Assembly: GCF_006345805.1 (NCBI RefSeq)
Contig: NC_043022.1
Coordinates: forward strand, 13,826,001-13,890,000
Direction of reading: 5' to 3'
DNA length: 64,000 bases
Origin: Octopus sinensis
Lineage: Eukaryota
Of the stretch, positions 12,310 to 23,882 are shown in pieces. Made by a program: the position numbers and the translations under genes. How positions within the stretch are numbered: position 1 is the first letter of the stretch; each line of letters starts with the position of its first letter. Under the pieces are notes generated by a model. That model was not told where the DNA came from, searched no databases, and saw only the letters and a program-made list of their open reading frames with translations.

Positions 12310-13005
12310 CATCCAGTGTTTTAAATCCAAGTTTTGTCCCCATTAATAGCAGTGGCTGGATCTACCTCAGTGTCAATAGCAACTGCCCTCACACCATCTC
12401 GACATCTTGCCCAGTTTTGGGTGTCTTCCCTTCTCAAGCTAACCCTCCCAATCGCCTCCTCCACCTTCCACATATTCCTTGGTCTACCTTGCTTTTGCTG
12501 TCCATTCACCTCAAACCAGTGCTTTTCAAACTTTTTGCTGAAGCGGAACCCCAAGGAAACATTCCACTGGCTCCGGGAACCCCTGTGCAATAATTTAATT
12601 GTCTTATGCACACATATCTGCACAGGAGAATTAAAAATTACTGCCGATTTTAGCAGATTTGTAACTTCTTGCGGAACCCCTGGACTGTACAGGCGGAACC
12701 CTGGTTGAAAACCACTGCCTCAAACTCTAGCACCCTCCTCAGAACCTGCTCCTCATCCCATGCCCATACTACCTCACTCCATCCACCCTTCCCAGCTGTT
12801 CCACCGATTCCTCCAACCCCAGCATCCCCATCAAGTCCTCAGCCCTTATCAAACAGCTTCACCCCACACATTTCTCTCTCAGTCCTTCCCAAAATTGCCA
12901 TCCATATCTCTCCCTCCCTCAGACACCATGTCTCACTCCCACACAGCATTGCAGCTCTCACGCAACCCCTGCAGACCCTTCCTTTCATCTCTAATCAGAA
13001 CCTTT
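12310..13005 (-). mobile_element. RTE LINE 3' remnant interrupted by a hAT MITE
   Basis: minus strand EQVLRRVLE[hAT insertion]EVNGQQKQGRPRNMW...VDPAT, an RTE C-terminal pattern. Confidence 0.75.
12517..12717. mobile_element. hAT (Charlie-like) MITE
   Basis: TIR CAGTGCTTTTCAAAC ... GTTGAAAACCACTG; perfect 8-bp TSD CCTCAAAC at 12509-12516 and 12718-12725. Confidence 0.92.
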
Positions 13006-13083
13006 TAATTCCACATATATACATACATACACATATGTATATACACACCCATACATATAAATATATACCCTTCTTTATTCCAG

Positions 13084-13143
13084 GACATCAACAAAAATGT
13101 GAAGACTGTTTCACAAACAGTGAAACCAGACAATTTATTTAAG
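13084..13143 (+). CDS. XRN1: XRN1 exon 9 in window
   Basis: ttccAG / GTAATT; DINKNVKTVSQTVKPDNLFK, cf. human NNKKVRVTVKPHLLYR. Confidence 0.88.
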
Positions 13144-13540
13144 GTAATTTACATTATATTTCATTAATTTTTTAAATTTTTATCTCCATGGTTACCTTAG
13201 GAGGACAAGTCTTGTCCAGAGCAGCTTCTTACCATTTGTCAGTACCATTCTTCTGGTCTTTGAGACTGACTTCCTCCATTTCTACACTTTGCTTTCTCTA
13301 TCTTGATTGTCGTCATTGCCTTTGTCTTAACATCTGCTTTTCCATGCTAGCATGGGTCGGACGGAATTGGTTGAGGTGAATTTTCGGATCTTTACCTCTT
13401 GACCGACAGATTTAAAAAATGATTTTTTGTAACTAAACACTTTCAAACTTCAGACATTGGTAGAATGTGTCATATAAAACATCTTTTACTCTTAGTGTTT
13501 TTGAGAAAAACTTATATTTTACAAAGTTATTTCACATTAA

Positions 13541-13820
13541 AGTTCCCGTATTTCGGTAATTTCAACCAATCAATGACGTGTATTCAATGCTGTTGTTTGT
13601 CAACAACAACTATCAATGGTGTATTTTTTTGTTTGTCACTGTTATTTATGACATTGTTTGTGCATTTGTACTGGTTTAAGGGTTTTAGGGTCAGGGTCGT
13701 AAATAACAGTGACAAACGAAATATACACCACCGGAAGTTGTTGTTGACAAACAACAGCAGTAATTTTATTCAGCTGAATACACGTCATTGATTGGTTGAA
13801 ATTACCGAAATATGAGAACT
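13541..13820. mobile_element. foldback MITE with TTAA TSD and AG...CT ends (Kolobok-like)
   Basis: TTAA|AGTTCCCGTATTTCGGTAATTTCAACCAATCAATGACG ... mirror ... ATATGAGAACT|TTAA; arms about 110-125 bp. Confidence 0.65.
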
Positions 13821-14325
13821 TTAACCCCACTCAAAATTTCTTGTGTTGTAAGTTACTTGGATGACCCTACAAGTGCTGGTGCCATGTAAAAAGCATCCAT
13901 CCCACACTGCAAAGTGGTTGGCATTTGGAAGGGTATCCAGCCATAGAAACCATGGCAAAACTGACCTCACCTGTGCCAGTGCCACGTAAAAATCACTCAC
14001 TCCACTTTGCAGAGTGGTTGGTGTTAGGAAGGGCATCCAGCCATAAAGACCCTGCCAAAACAGACACAGTACCCTTGGGTTAGTTTGCTACCTGGCCGGC
14101 TCATGTCATTTCATTGTTGAAAAAAAGCTTATACAATCCATTTTCAGAATATAACTTAAAAATTATCCTCCCTTGTTAAGTCTGTATAGTTGTGAGACCT
14201 GAGTTTGTCACTTAGGTGGGTGCTGGGTATAACAACTACTTAAAGGGGTGGGCGGACTACAAAACAAAAGGTTAAGAACCAATGTTTTAAACTCTGCTTT
14301 AATGAAAAATAATTCTTCATTGCAG

Positions 14326-14531
14326 CCCATCGCATCAGTGAGCAATGTTATACCTGATTCCAACGTGGAGTACAAGTTGTTTGACCGTATTATAAACATC
14401 CGCAAAGGACTAGGGACTCTGCCATTTGGCTTGAGGGGGACGGTGGTTGGTGTCCATCCAGGGGACAAGCCATTCTCAACCATCTACGACATCCTGTTTG
14501 ATGAAGAATTCTCACAGGCTGTTGAAGTGGG
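14326..14531 (+). CDS. XRN1: XRN1 exon 10 in window (SH3-like domain)
   Basis: ttgcAG / GTAAGT; YKLFDRIINIR...PFGLRGTVVGV...YDILFDEEF, cf. human FCLFDRVVNVR..VPVGLRGTIIGI..FEVLFDEEF. Confidence 0.96.
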
Positions 14532-14736
14532 GTAAGTCTTTTGTTTCTTCTTCTTTTCATGTCAGAAAGGGGCAGCTGTGGCTGTGAGCCGAAGGCATTC
14601 GCTTCCCAACCACATGGTTTTGGGTTCAGTCCCACTGCACGGCACCTTGGGAAAGTGTCTTTTACTATGGTCCCTGGGATAACCAAAGCCTTGTGACTGC
14701 ATTTGGTGGATGGAAACTGTGTGGAAGTCCGTGTAT

Positions 14737-15565
14737 GTGTGTGTGTGTAATAATAATAATAATAATAATAAATGCAAAATTCTGTCTGTCTGTCTGGGAC
14801 CCCTGTATCTTAGTCTACATTTGCTCTACACAGACATATTATACCTATTTTGGAATCAGGATGATCCCAGGATTGAAAGATCTGCCCTTCATTTGGTCCT
14901 TGAACATCCAACATTGGGATCAGGTCTGGATGAGAATTTGTTATAAGAAAACAGTTGAAAATTCAAATTTTAAAAGAATTCCAAAAATTTGTGAACTTTC
15001 AAGATTTTTATTTAAACTGAGTGTAAAGTAATACCATTATTGGTAGGGGACCAATAAAGGCTCTCTTTAGTTTTGGGCCACAGGTCCGCGTAACCCCCTG
15101 CAGGAGCTAACCACACGGAGTGCAGCTTTTTAAGCTTGCAGATATATGTGTGTGTGTGTGTGTGTGTAATAATAATAATAATAATAATAAATGCAAAATT
15201 CTGTCTGTCTGTCTGGGACCCCTGTATCTTAGTCTACATTTGCTCTACACAGACATATTATACCTATTTTGGAATCAGGATGATCCCAGGATTGAAAGAT
15301 CTGCCCTTCATTTGGTCCTTGAACATCCAACATTGGGATCAGGTCTGGATGAGAATTTGTTATAAGAAAACAGTTGAAAATTCAAATTTTAAAAGAATTC
15401 CAAAAATTTGTGAACTTTCAAGATTTTTATTTAAACTGAGTGTAAAGTAATACCATTATTGGTAGGGGACCAATAAAGGCTCTCTTTAGTTTTGGGCCAC
15501 AGGTCCGCGTAACCCCCTGCAGGAGCTAACCACACGGAGTGCAGCTTTTTAAGCTTGCAGATATA

Positions 15566-15575
<10 letters not shown>
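14737..15575. repeat. 419-bp direct tandem duplication
   Basis: AATGCAAAAT at 14771 and 15190; the two copies appear identical and are bounded by (TG)n(AAT)n. Confidence 0.92.
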
Positions 15576-15624
<49 letters not shown>

Positions 15625-15765
15625 ATATATATGTGTGTGTGTGTGTGTATATATATGTGTGTGTGTGTGTGTGTATATATATGTGTGTGTGTGTGTATAT
15701 ATGTGTGTGTGTGTGTGTGTATATATGTGTGTGTGTGTGTGTATATATATGTGTGTGTGTGTGTG

Positions 15766-15798
<33 letters not shown>

Positions 15799-15869
15799 GT
15801 ATGTGTATATATGTATATATATGTATGTGTATAATTATTTATTTATTTATTATTATTATTCTTTTGCAG

Positions 15870-16074
15870 CAATGTCCCAAACTGTGGCTATCATCTGACC
15901 ATCCATGATATGATGAACTTGTCGCATGGGAAACATCAAAACCAACCTACAACGACCAGCCCATTCCCAGCACGTACCTCCCAGTATGCCAACCAGAACC
16001 AGTCCGCAAGGCCCACATACTCTGGGAATCAGACCCAACGGAAAGTCACGGTCAACAACCAGAATAACTCCAGA
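15870..16074 (+). CDS. XRN1: XRN1 exon 11 in window
   Basis: ttgcAG / GTACGT; (G)NVPNCGYHLTIHDMMNLSHG followed by Q/N/T-rich sequence, cf. human GYRLPTSALVNLSHG. Confidence 0.92.
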
Positions 16075-16310
16075 GTACGTAGTTGTTGTTGTTGTTGTTG
16101 GCTTCTATTGTTTTTTCCTTTTTTTTTGGTTTCTGTTCAGTTCTTTTATCTTTTGCTTCAGTCATTGGACTGTGGCCACACTGGGGCACCACTTTGAAAA
16201 GGTTTCAGTCAAACGAATCGACCCCCAATACTCATGTTTTTTGGGTTTTTTTTCAATCTTTTTCAAGTCTGGTACTTTTCTGTTGGTGACCTTTTGTTGA
16301 ATTGCTTTTT

Positions 16311-16637
16311 GTTGACTGTTCTTTGAGCCACTGCTTCACTACAGTTTTCACTTCCTCGTCACTGGAATAATGTTTGCCTCTCAAACCCTCTTTTGTGGCG
16401 CCGAAGAGATGATAGTCTGAAGGCGCTAAATTATTCCAGTGACGAGGAAGTGAAAACTGTAGTGAAGAAGTGGCTCAAAGAACAATCAACAGAATTTTAT
16501 GGGGCAGGGATACATGCTCTCATTCGAAGGTGGAACATTGCTATTGAGAGGAATGGTGACTATGTTGAGAAATAGGGATATGATCCACAGAGGACCAGCT
16601 TCATTTTGATTGCATTACTTTTTGACTCACCCTCATA
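16311..16637 (+). mobile_element. mariner transposase 3' remnant with right TIR and an inverted partial duplicate
   Basis: YSSDEEVKTVVKKWLKEQSTEFYGAGIHALIRRWNIAIERNGDYVEK*; terminal GCATTACTTTTTGACTCACCCTCA-TA. Confidence 0.85.
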
Positions 16638-18045
16638 GAAAGATCTTAGTAAAAATCCCATTCTGAGTTGGTGATGTAAAAATACCAGAAAGAGAAGAGA
16701 GACACTTACCCCCTTTGTGTTTGTTTGTGGAAGGTGGCTGGTCACCCTTTATAATATCCTGCATCTAGAAAGGTCTGTTTTGTGACTTGGTCCTCATTTC
16801 GTTGTATAATCTTGACTTCCAGCTGGAGCACCGCTTTTAGTCGAGCAAATCAGCCCCAGGACTTATTCTTTGTAAGCCCAGTACTTATTCTATCGGTCTC
16901 TTTTGCCAAACCGCTGAGTTATAGGGACGTAAACACACCAGCATCGAATGTCAAGTGATGTTGGGGGGTACAAACATATTCACAGACATACATATATACA
17001 TATGACGGGCTTCTTTCAGTTTCCATCTACCAAATCCACTCACAAGGCTTTGGTCGGCCCGAGGCTATAGTAGAAGACACTTGTCCAAGGTGCCACACAA
17101 TGGGACTGAACCCGGAACATTGTGGTTGGTAAGCAAGCTACTTACCACACAGCCACTCCTATGCCTAGGAGAATAATAACAATATCTTGTCACAGCCTGG
17201 CAACCCTTCAGTATTGGTAGACAACACCATTCACCCACAAAATCTTCCCTCGTGACAAAGAAGAGAAAGAGGCTGAGCTGAAAAAAGTGGGTAAATGGTA
17301 TCATCTCCTCACACTGTCACTCTATAGACCAATATCTTTACTGCCCTTGTCATTTTTCATATTGAAATTGTGTACAAGTGTTATTTATATGCAAGTCATC
17401 ATCATCATCATCATTATTGTCTTATCATTTTTATCATCGTCGTCATCATTGTTGTTGTTATTGCTATCATCATTTTTACATCTTGTTTGTCCATTCTGTC
17501 TCGTGGCCAGTGTTGGATGACGATTCCTCTCCAACACAGCATCCTCACATTTGTTCTTCCTTTGTCATCTCTCGTGCAAGGTTTAGCTTCCTGGAAACCA
17601 TCATCATCACTCACCCCCACATCTTGATCGTCGTCTTTCATTCTGTCCTTCCCTACAGCACTTCTCCACCCATCTGTCATCATTCATATGCATCACACAG
17701 CCATTCCAACCTCGCCATTCCTTCCTGCACACCACCACCACCACCATCATCGATTCCTTTCATACTCGGATTTTCCTCTCAGCTTGTCTATGCTTTGCCT
17801 TTTGTGCACATTGACATCACACATCCAGTGGATCACGCTCACCTCATTCTTCCCCGACCATCACACATCCTCTGCATTCAGAACCCATGTCTCACTACCA
17901 TGCAGCATCACAGTTCATACCCAAAGCATCGTACAATCTACCATTCGCTTAGAGAGAAAAGCTCATTAGCAGAGATCATCATCATCATCATCATCGTTTA
18001 ACGTCCGTTTTCCGCGCTAGCACGGGTTGGATGGTAAAAATTTAT

Positions 18046-18128
18046 TAGCACGAGTAGGGTTCGAACCCACGCGGACAGATGTCCATTGGAACTTAAGTCC
18101 AACGCCTTAACCACTCGGCCATCGTGCT
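18046..18128 (-). tRNA. tRNA-Leu(UAA), intact cloverleaf
   Basis: 83 nt; acceptor AGCACGA/TCGTGCT+A, D-arm GCC/GGC, anticodon stem TTGGA/TCCAA with CT-TAA-GT loop, variable arm GGAC/GTCC, T-arm with TTCGAAC; T5 terminator at 18036-18040 on the minus strand. Confidence 0.95.
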
Positions 18129-18143
18129 GAACACAAGGGGAAT

Positions 18144-18260
18144 GCTTACAGCACTTAGGTTTCCTAAGCGGTCACCCATCTAAGTACAAACTAGGCTCGA
18201 TGTTGCTTAACTTCGGTGATCGGACGAGAACCGGTGCTTTCAGCGTGATATGGCCGTAAA
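18144..18260 (-). rRNA. 5S rRNA copy, probably degenerate
   Basis: minus strand TTTACGGCCATATCACGCTGAAAGCACCGGTTCTCGTCCGATCACCGAAGTTAAGC...GATGGGTGACCGC...GTGCTGTAAGC matches metazoan 5S; the first 1-2 nt are altered, helix II has 2 mismatches and no T-run terminator follows. Confidence 0.9.
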
Positions 18261-19640
18261 AGAAAACTTCATCGACAGAGGCAACAATTTCCTGAATTCT
18301 CTTCATCCTATTCTAATTCTGGCCACAACACTTTCAGTACACTTGCCCCACTCCCCACTTCTCGTTAGGTCCCCTAGGTAACAGAATCCATTACCAACTA
18401 CTTCTACACAGCCTATTAAATATTGCAAGGAACTTGCTTTATTGGTGTTCTAAGGGCTCACTGTTCCTGCACACCTGTCACAGGTAAAGATTCTATTCAC
18501 TGTCGTCAGCCTGTCTTTGTTTTCCCTACACCTTGTATACCCCTCGGCACTGCATCGAGCACACCAGGTGGAATTCTTGGCAACCCCCTGTCTGCGTATT
18601 GGGGGGCACAGCTGATATGGCAATTTCAAAAACATGTCTCTCTCATCTGGATATCGGTTAAAACTACCAAGATAAATGCCATGTTTTAAATGAACTTACA
18701 TTATTCATTTGATGAGCGTCAGCTATTGGAAGGGGGAAGAAAATTTCTGATAGATATGCATATAGACACACACACATATATGTATATAAGTACATAATCA
18801 TCATCATCGTTTAACGTCTGCTTTCCATGCTGGCATGGGTTGGACGATTTGACAGAGGACTGGCAAACCAGATGGCTGCACCAGGCTCCAATCTAATCTG
18901 GTAGAGTTTCTACAGCTGAATGCCCTTCCTAACGCCAACCACTCCGAGAGTGTAGTGGGTGCTTTTATGTACCACCGGCACAAGAGCCAGTCAGGCGGTA
19001 CTGGCAACGGCCACGCTCAAATGGTGTTTTTTACGTGCCACCTACACAGGAGCCAGTCCTTGGGTAGATTTTGTACCTGGCCGGCTCTTGTCAACCATCT
19101 TACCCATGCATGCATGGAAGATGGGTGTTAAAAGATGATGATGAAGTGTGAAAACCATTTCTGTGCAGTTCTTTCAGTAAAATCACTTTCTCTGTACATG
19201 GCTTTAGCAACTCTGGAACTTTGGCTGAAAGCAAAGAGAAGCAGGTGTTGAAAATGCTTCCTGGTTTTTTTTTGTTTTTGCTTTTTTTCCTACTTGGCCT
19301 TCCATGATCATACACCTGGAAAGAAGTAAAATTTATTCAAATTTTCAAAAATGCTGAACAAAATTTGTAATGGAAGAATAGAACCACTAAAATTAAAAGC
19401 ATAAAAAAAAAACACTACGAGAAAAATACTTTTTGTGTTAATTCGAATAACATTAGAAAGAACTGAAAGAATTTATCTGACAACACCATAGATTGATAGG
19501 TCTACAGGTAGATAGATAGATAGATAGATAAGAAGGCAGGTAGATAAATAAACGGGGCTATAGATATAGATAGGTCTATAGATAGATTAGTCTACAGATA
19601 GATAGGTCTATCGATAGACAGACAGGGCTGTAGATATAGA

Positions 19641-19875
19641 TGGCGGCGAGCTGGCAGAATCGTTAGCACACCGGACAAAATTCTTAACGGTATTTCATCT
19701 GCTGTTACGTTCTGAGTTCAAATTCCGCCGAGGTCGACTTTGCCTTTCATCCTTTCGGGGTCGATAAATTAAGTACCAGTTACGCACTGGGGCCGATGTA
19801 ATCGACTTAATCCGTTTGTCTGTCCTTGTTTGTCCTCTCTTTGTTTAGCCCCTTGTGGGCAGTAAAGAAATAAGG
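19641..19875 (+). mobile_element. SINE-C: tRNA-head SINE with Meta-like central domain (example)
   Basis: GGCGGCGAGCTGGCAGAATCGTTAG...GAGTTCAAATTCC...GGTCGACTTTGCCTTTCATCCTTTCGGGGTCGATAAATTAAGTACC; about 15 copies, e.g. 21785-21965(-), 30155-30355(-), three in tandem at 43415-44070. Confidence 0.8.
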
Positions 19876-20247
19876 GCTGTAGATATAGATAGGTAGATAG
19901 ATAGGTGTATAGAGGGCTAGGTCTATACAGATAGGAATGCATGCAGACCATGGTGTATGTGCTGTACATAAATGTTGGTTATAATGCCAAGTTATAAATG
20001 CTTTGTTCATGGTGGGACACATTAAAGAAAAGTGAAAAAAGAAATCCAAGTGGATGGTGGAGCATGGGACATGAAAAGGCTGATAAAAGCTGATTTTATT
20101 GCTTGCTGGTCGAGGGCTGCTGACTGAGGGCACCACATTAGCCGAGGGGTTTCTGAGGATCGTTTGATGGTAACAACATAAATGCAGAGCAGATATCATT
20201 TCCTCGGGGTTTTGGTAACCTGTTCTTGTATGGTTTCTTTCCCTCAG

Positions 20248-20439
20248 CATACTCCACAAACAACCACAACACCAACAACAACAACAACACCAGCTGATCA
20301 GCACCACCCCCATCAGCAAGGTGACACATTTCATCCAAACTCATTCTATGACGGCGCCAGTCCTCAGTTTGTCACACCCAAGATGTTTAGTCGAAAACAA
20401 GCCAACCCTAAACTGACTGACGACAAAGCTTCAGCTAAG
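20248..20439 (+). CDS. XRN1: XRN1 exon 12 in window (low-complexity C-terminal tail)
   Basis: ccctcAG / GTCAGT; 64 open codons HTPQTTTTP...PQFVTPKMFSRKQANPKLTDDKASAK; phases 0/0 fit. Confidence 0.75.
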
Positions 20440-21251
20440 GTCAGTTGTCCGTTTGTTGTCTCTCTCTCTCTCTCTCTCTTGCTTTTGTTTCTGTAAATTC
20501 AAATTTACACATCGTATCGTGCAGGGGTTCGCTGTGGGTTCACCAACAACGCTTTGTGAATGATATTGGTTGACAGAAACTGAAAAAATCACATGAGTTT
20601 TTGAGAGTTGCCCTTCGTCTTTCTATGTGCATGTTTTGTATGCATTTCCTCTCCTTTGAGTGTGTGTGTTTCCCTTTGTTGCGATGTGTGAGTTGTACTG
20701 ATTGCAAATGATGTCGTTTGTTTGCAGTCTTCTGCGAAAGAATGTCTGGCTCTCCTCGACGCGTCTTGAACAAACACGTTGCGCAATGATTTGTTGACAA
20801 ACAGCGGCTCCGTTGTTCTTCCAAAACGGTGCCACTTGTCTGCAGTTCTTCACACAAAAAACATGTCTGCTGTGATTCTGTTGTGGGCCCTTTGGTTGTT
20901 CGACAGAGCAGGCAGGGGTGTGGGGAGGGTTGAGGAATTGTCATTGCCTCACCTAGGAACAGGTGAAGAGCATCTGGTTAGGAAATTCTGGCTCAATGTA
21001 GTGTTTCTTGGGCCATGCAAGCATGGACAAGTAGATGAAGGCACACTGATGATGATGGTGGTGGTGGTGGATCTGGTGGTGTTGCTAGTTGCTGTTGTAG
21101 ATGGTGGTGGTGGTGATAATATTAAGGTGAGTGTTGTGATGGCGATGATGATGATGATGTAGCTTATGATGTTATTGCTTTGTTGATTGTGATGATGATG
21201 ATGATAGCCATGTCTGTAGTGCTATCAATGTTGGCAATGGTCATATATATA

Positions 21252-21298
<47 letters not shown>

Positions 21299-22410
21299 TA
21301 GGGTGTGTGTATATATAATTATATATATATATATAGTGTGTGTATATATAATATATATATATAGTGTACGTATGTATATAGCGTGTATGTATATAGCATG
21401 TATGTATATATAATATATATATATAGTGTACGTATGTATATAGCATGTATATATATATATATATATATATAGTGTGTGTGTGTGTGTATATATATATACA
21501 CAAATGAGTCCCAGCAGTTATAAGGAAGTTAATCATGTGACCAACCAGCACCCTGTTCAGAGGAGACCCTTGTAATCAGGCTAAACCCCAGTCTTATGAG
21601 TCGTAGGACACACAACCAGGCTTAAGTGAGAGCCCCCTTAAGCTTGTAAGATTATCTGACCAAGGGGTGTCTTGTATTCTTGTATAAAACCCTTTGTTTC
21701 ATGTTACCCCAGTTTGCTCAACTGGGAAATTAACCCCTCAACAGATCAGCATCACATGTAGCAGGGCAGGGTTATAATCCTTTCTACTCTAGGCACAAGG
21801 CCCGAAATTTTGGGGAGGGGGGGCAGTCGATTAGATTGACCGCAGTACTCAACTGGTACTTAATTTATCGACCCCAAAAGGATGAAAGGCAAAGTTGACC
21901 TCAGTGGAATTTGAACTCAGAAGATAAAGACAGACGAATACTGCTAACATTTCTGCCAGCTCGCTGCCTTAAAAAGATTCCAACGCAGGGTTGTAATCTT
22001 GGTCACTTGTCTGTCAATCCTTGAGGTGCATGACTTAGTAGTTAGGATGTTGGACTCGTGATCATAAGATTGTGGTTTCGATTCTCAGATCAGGTTGTGG
22101 GTTCTTGAACAAAACCCTTCATTTCATGCTGCTCCAGTCCACTCAGCTGTCGATGGGTTCCAACAATAACTGAGAAATTGACCCAGTAATGGACTCATGC
22201 CCCATTTAAGAAGGGCAGTGTTGTAATCTCTGAACTTATATATCCTGGAAACCGGAGGAAGCTGGGGTATTATAAGCCCAAAGGGGTCAAGACAAACCCT
22301 TAAATCTCTCAAGTCTAAGCTAGCTATCTTTTTTTTTTTTGTTTCTTTTAATGAACATACTTTGTTTTGTCAAATTTCTCCATTTTCTTTCGTCTTCTTT
22401 CCTTTTGCAG

Positions 22411-22884
22411 AGAGACAAGTCTTCTGGAGTCAATGAATTCGCTGACATCTGGAAAGAACTGAAACAGCTGAAGGTCAGTGACCCTCCATCCTGCATGCCA
22501 CCTCAGGCAAGGAAGGCCAACCGATCGTCCAGCGCATCCAGCAATAGTTGTTCTCTCAGCCATGCGGCCCAGGCCCTGGACAAACTCTCTGATTCCATGA
22601 CCGCAGCAAACGCCAAAGCTGAATTTGGTGGTGGCAGAGATGAAAATGGTAACGGACGGTTAGCAGGTGGCAGCCGTAGTGGTGGTCGCAGTGGTGGTGG
22701 CCACAAGAACCGTCTGACCGTCAGCACTCTATTTCAACAGGCAGTGGAAAGCGAACCCAAAGGGTTTCTTCCAACGAACTCTGCAGGTCCCGATTCAGGT
22801 CCCGTGTCTGCAACTTCAGGGAAAGGAAAAGCTAAGGGAAATAAAATGGGAACCCCTTCTTCGATGCCGGCTGGCAATGCTGAG
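22411..22884 (+). CDS. XRN1: XRN1 exon 13 in window
   Basis: long pyrimidine tract + gcAG / GTAAGT; 158 open codons beginning RDKSSGVNEFADIWKELKQL, cf. human DEFCNIWQSL. Confidence 0.88.
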
Positions 22885-23882
22885 GTAAGTTACAAACTCA
22901 ACAAACATCTGTGTGTGTTTGGTACCAGAACTTGTGGGGGGGGGGGAGACTTTCAATAAATGATTAAATATATTTTCTGAATGAAAGGGTGATTTGTACG
23001 AAAATATTTTATGGGTCTCGAATTTGAGTCTCAAGTACAAAATCTAAAGTTTCCAGAGCTGTGGAGTCGAAACAAAAAACTTTGACTCCGACTCCTCTTT
23101 ATGTAATCATGCAGTTGTGATCCCTATGCTGGTGGCACGTAAAAAGCACCATCCGAACGTGGCCGATGCCAGTGCCGCCTAGACTGGCTTCTGTGCCGGT
23201 GGCACGTAAAAAGCACCATCTGAACGTGGCCGATGCCAGTGCCTCCTCAACTGGCTTCCGTGCTGGTAGCATGTAAAAAGCACCATTCGATCATGGCCGT
23301 TGCCAGCCTCGCCTGGCCCCCGTGCCAGTGGAACTTAAAACGCACCCACTACTCTCTCGGAGTGGTTGGCGTTATGAAGGGTATCCAGCTGTAGAAACTC
23401 TGCCAGATAAAACCGGAGCCTGGTGCAGCCTTCTGGCTTCCCAGATCCCCGGTCAAACTGTCCAACCCATGCCAGCATGGAAAACGGAAGTTAAATGATG
23501 ATGATTGTGGTCTACATATCTCATAAAGTATACGCTTGTATTTTGAGGAGGCCTATATATTACAACTGGTTTATATCAAAGAATATAAAGACATTGTGAG
23601 TCGGAATCAGAGTCAGTATAGTTTTACAGATTCTGACTACCCCCTTAATTGTGTCCGACTCCACAGCCCTGGCTTTTACTCTAAGCCAACATCTTTGTGA
23701 CCCCTTGCATGTCTCTTCACATTCCTCCTCCTCCTCCATCTCTTTGCTTGCCTCCCTACCTCAGCCATTATTTATCTCTCTTGTCCTTTACCTTACCCCC
23801 CCCCACATTCTCTCTCTCACAAACGCACATCATCAAACCTCCATCTTGTGTTATATTTACAAAGGTGTCCGTCACATTTAGA

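Larger units (their letters stand above)
17480..18690 (-). mobile_element. RTE LINE remnant split by the 5S-tRNA cassette
   Basis: right piece FTCDRCAG...FCYLGD...VARIRIG..FRKLLPL; left piece FSL..GRLYDA..VMLHGSETW; collinear on either side of 17975-18260. Confidence 0.8.

Noticed and set aside
14693-15450. Duplicated ORFs inside the 419-bp repeat
   Set aside because: They start in microsatellite sequence, have no recognisable homology and do not fit XRN1 exon phases.
20540-20944. Minus-strand Cys-containing ORF in non-repetitive-looking sequence
   Set aside because: No recognisable domain or splice context. It may be an unrecognised transposon relic, but I cannot support a call.
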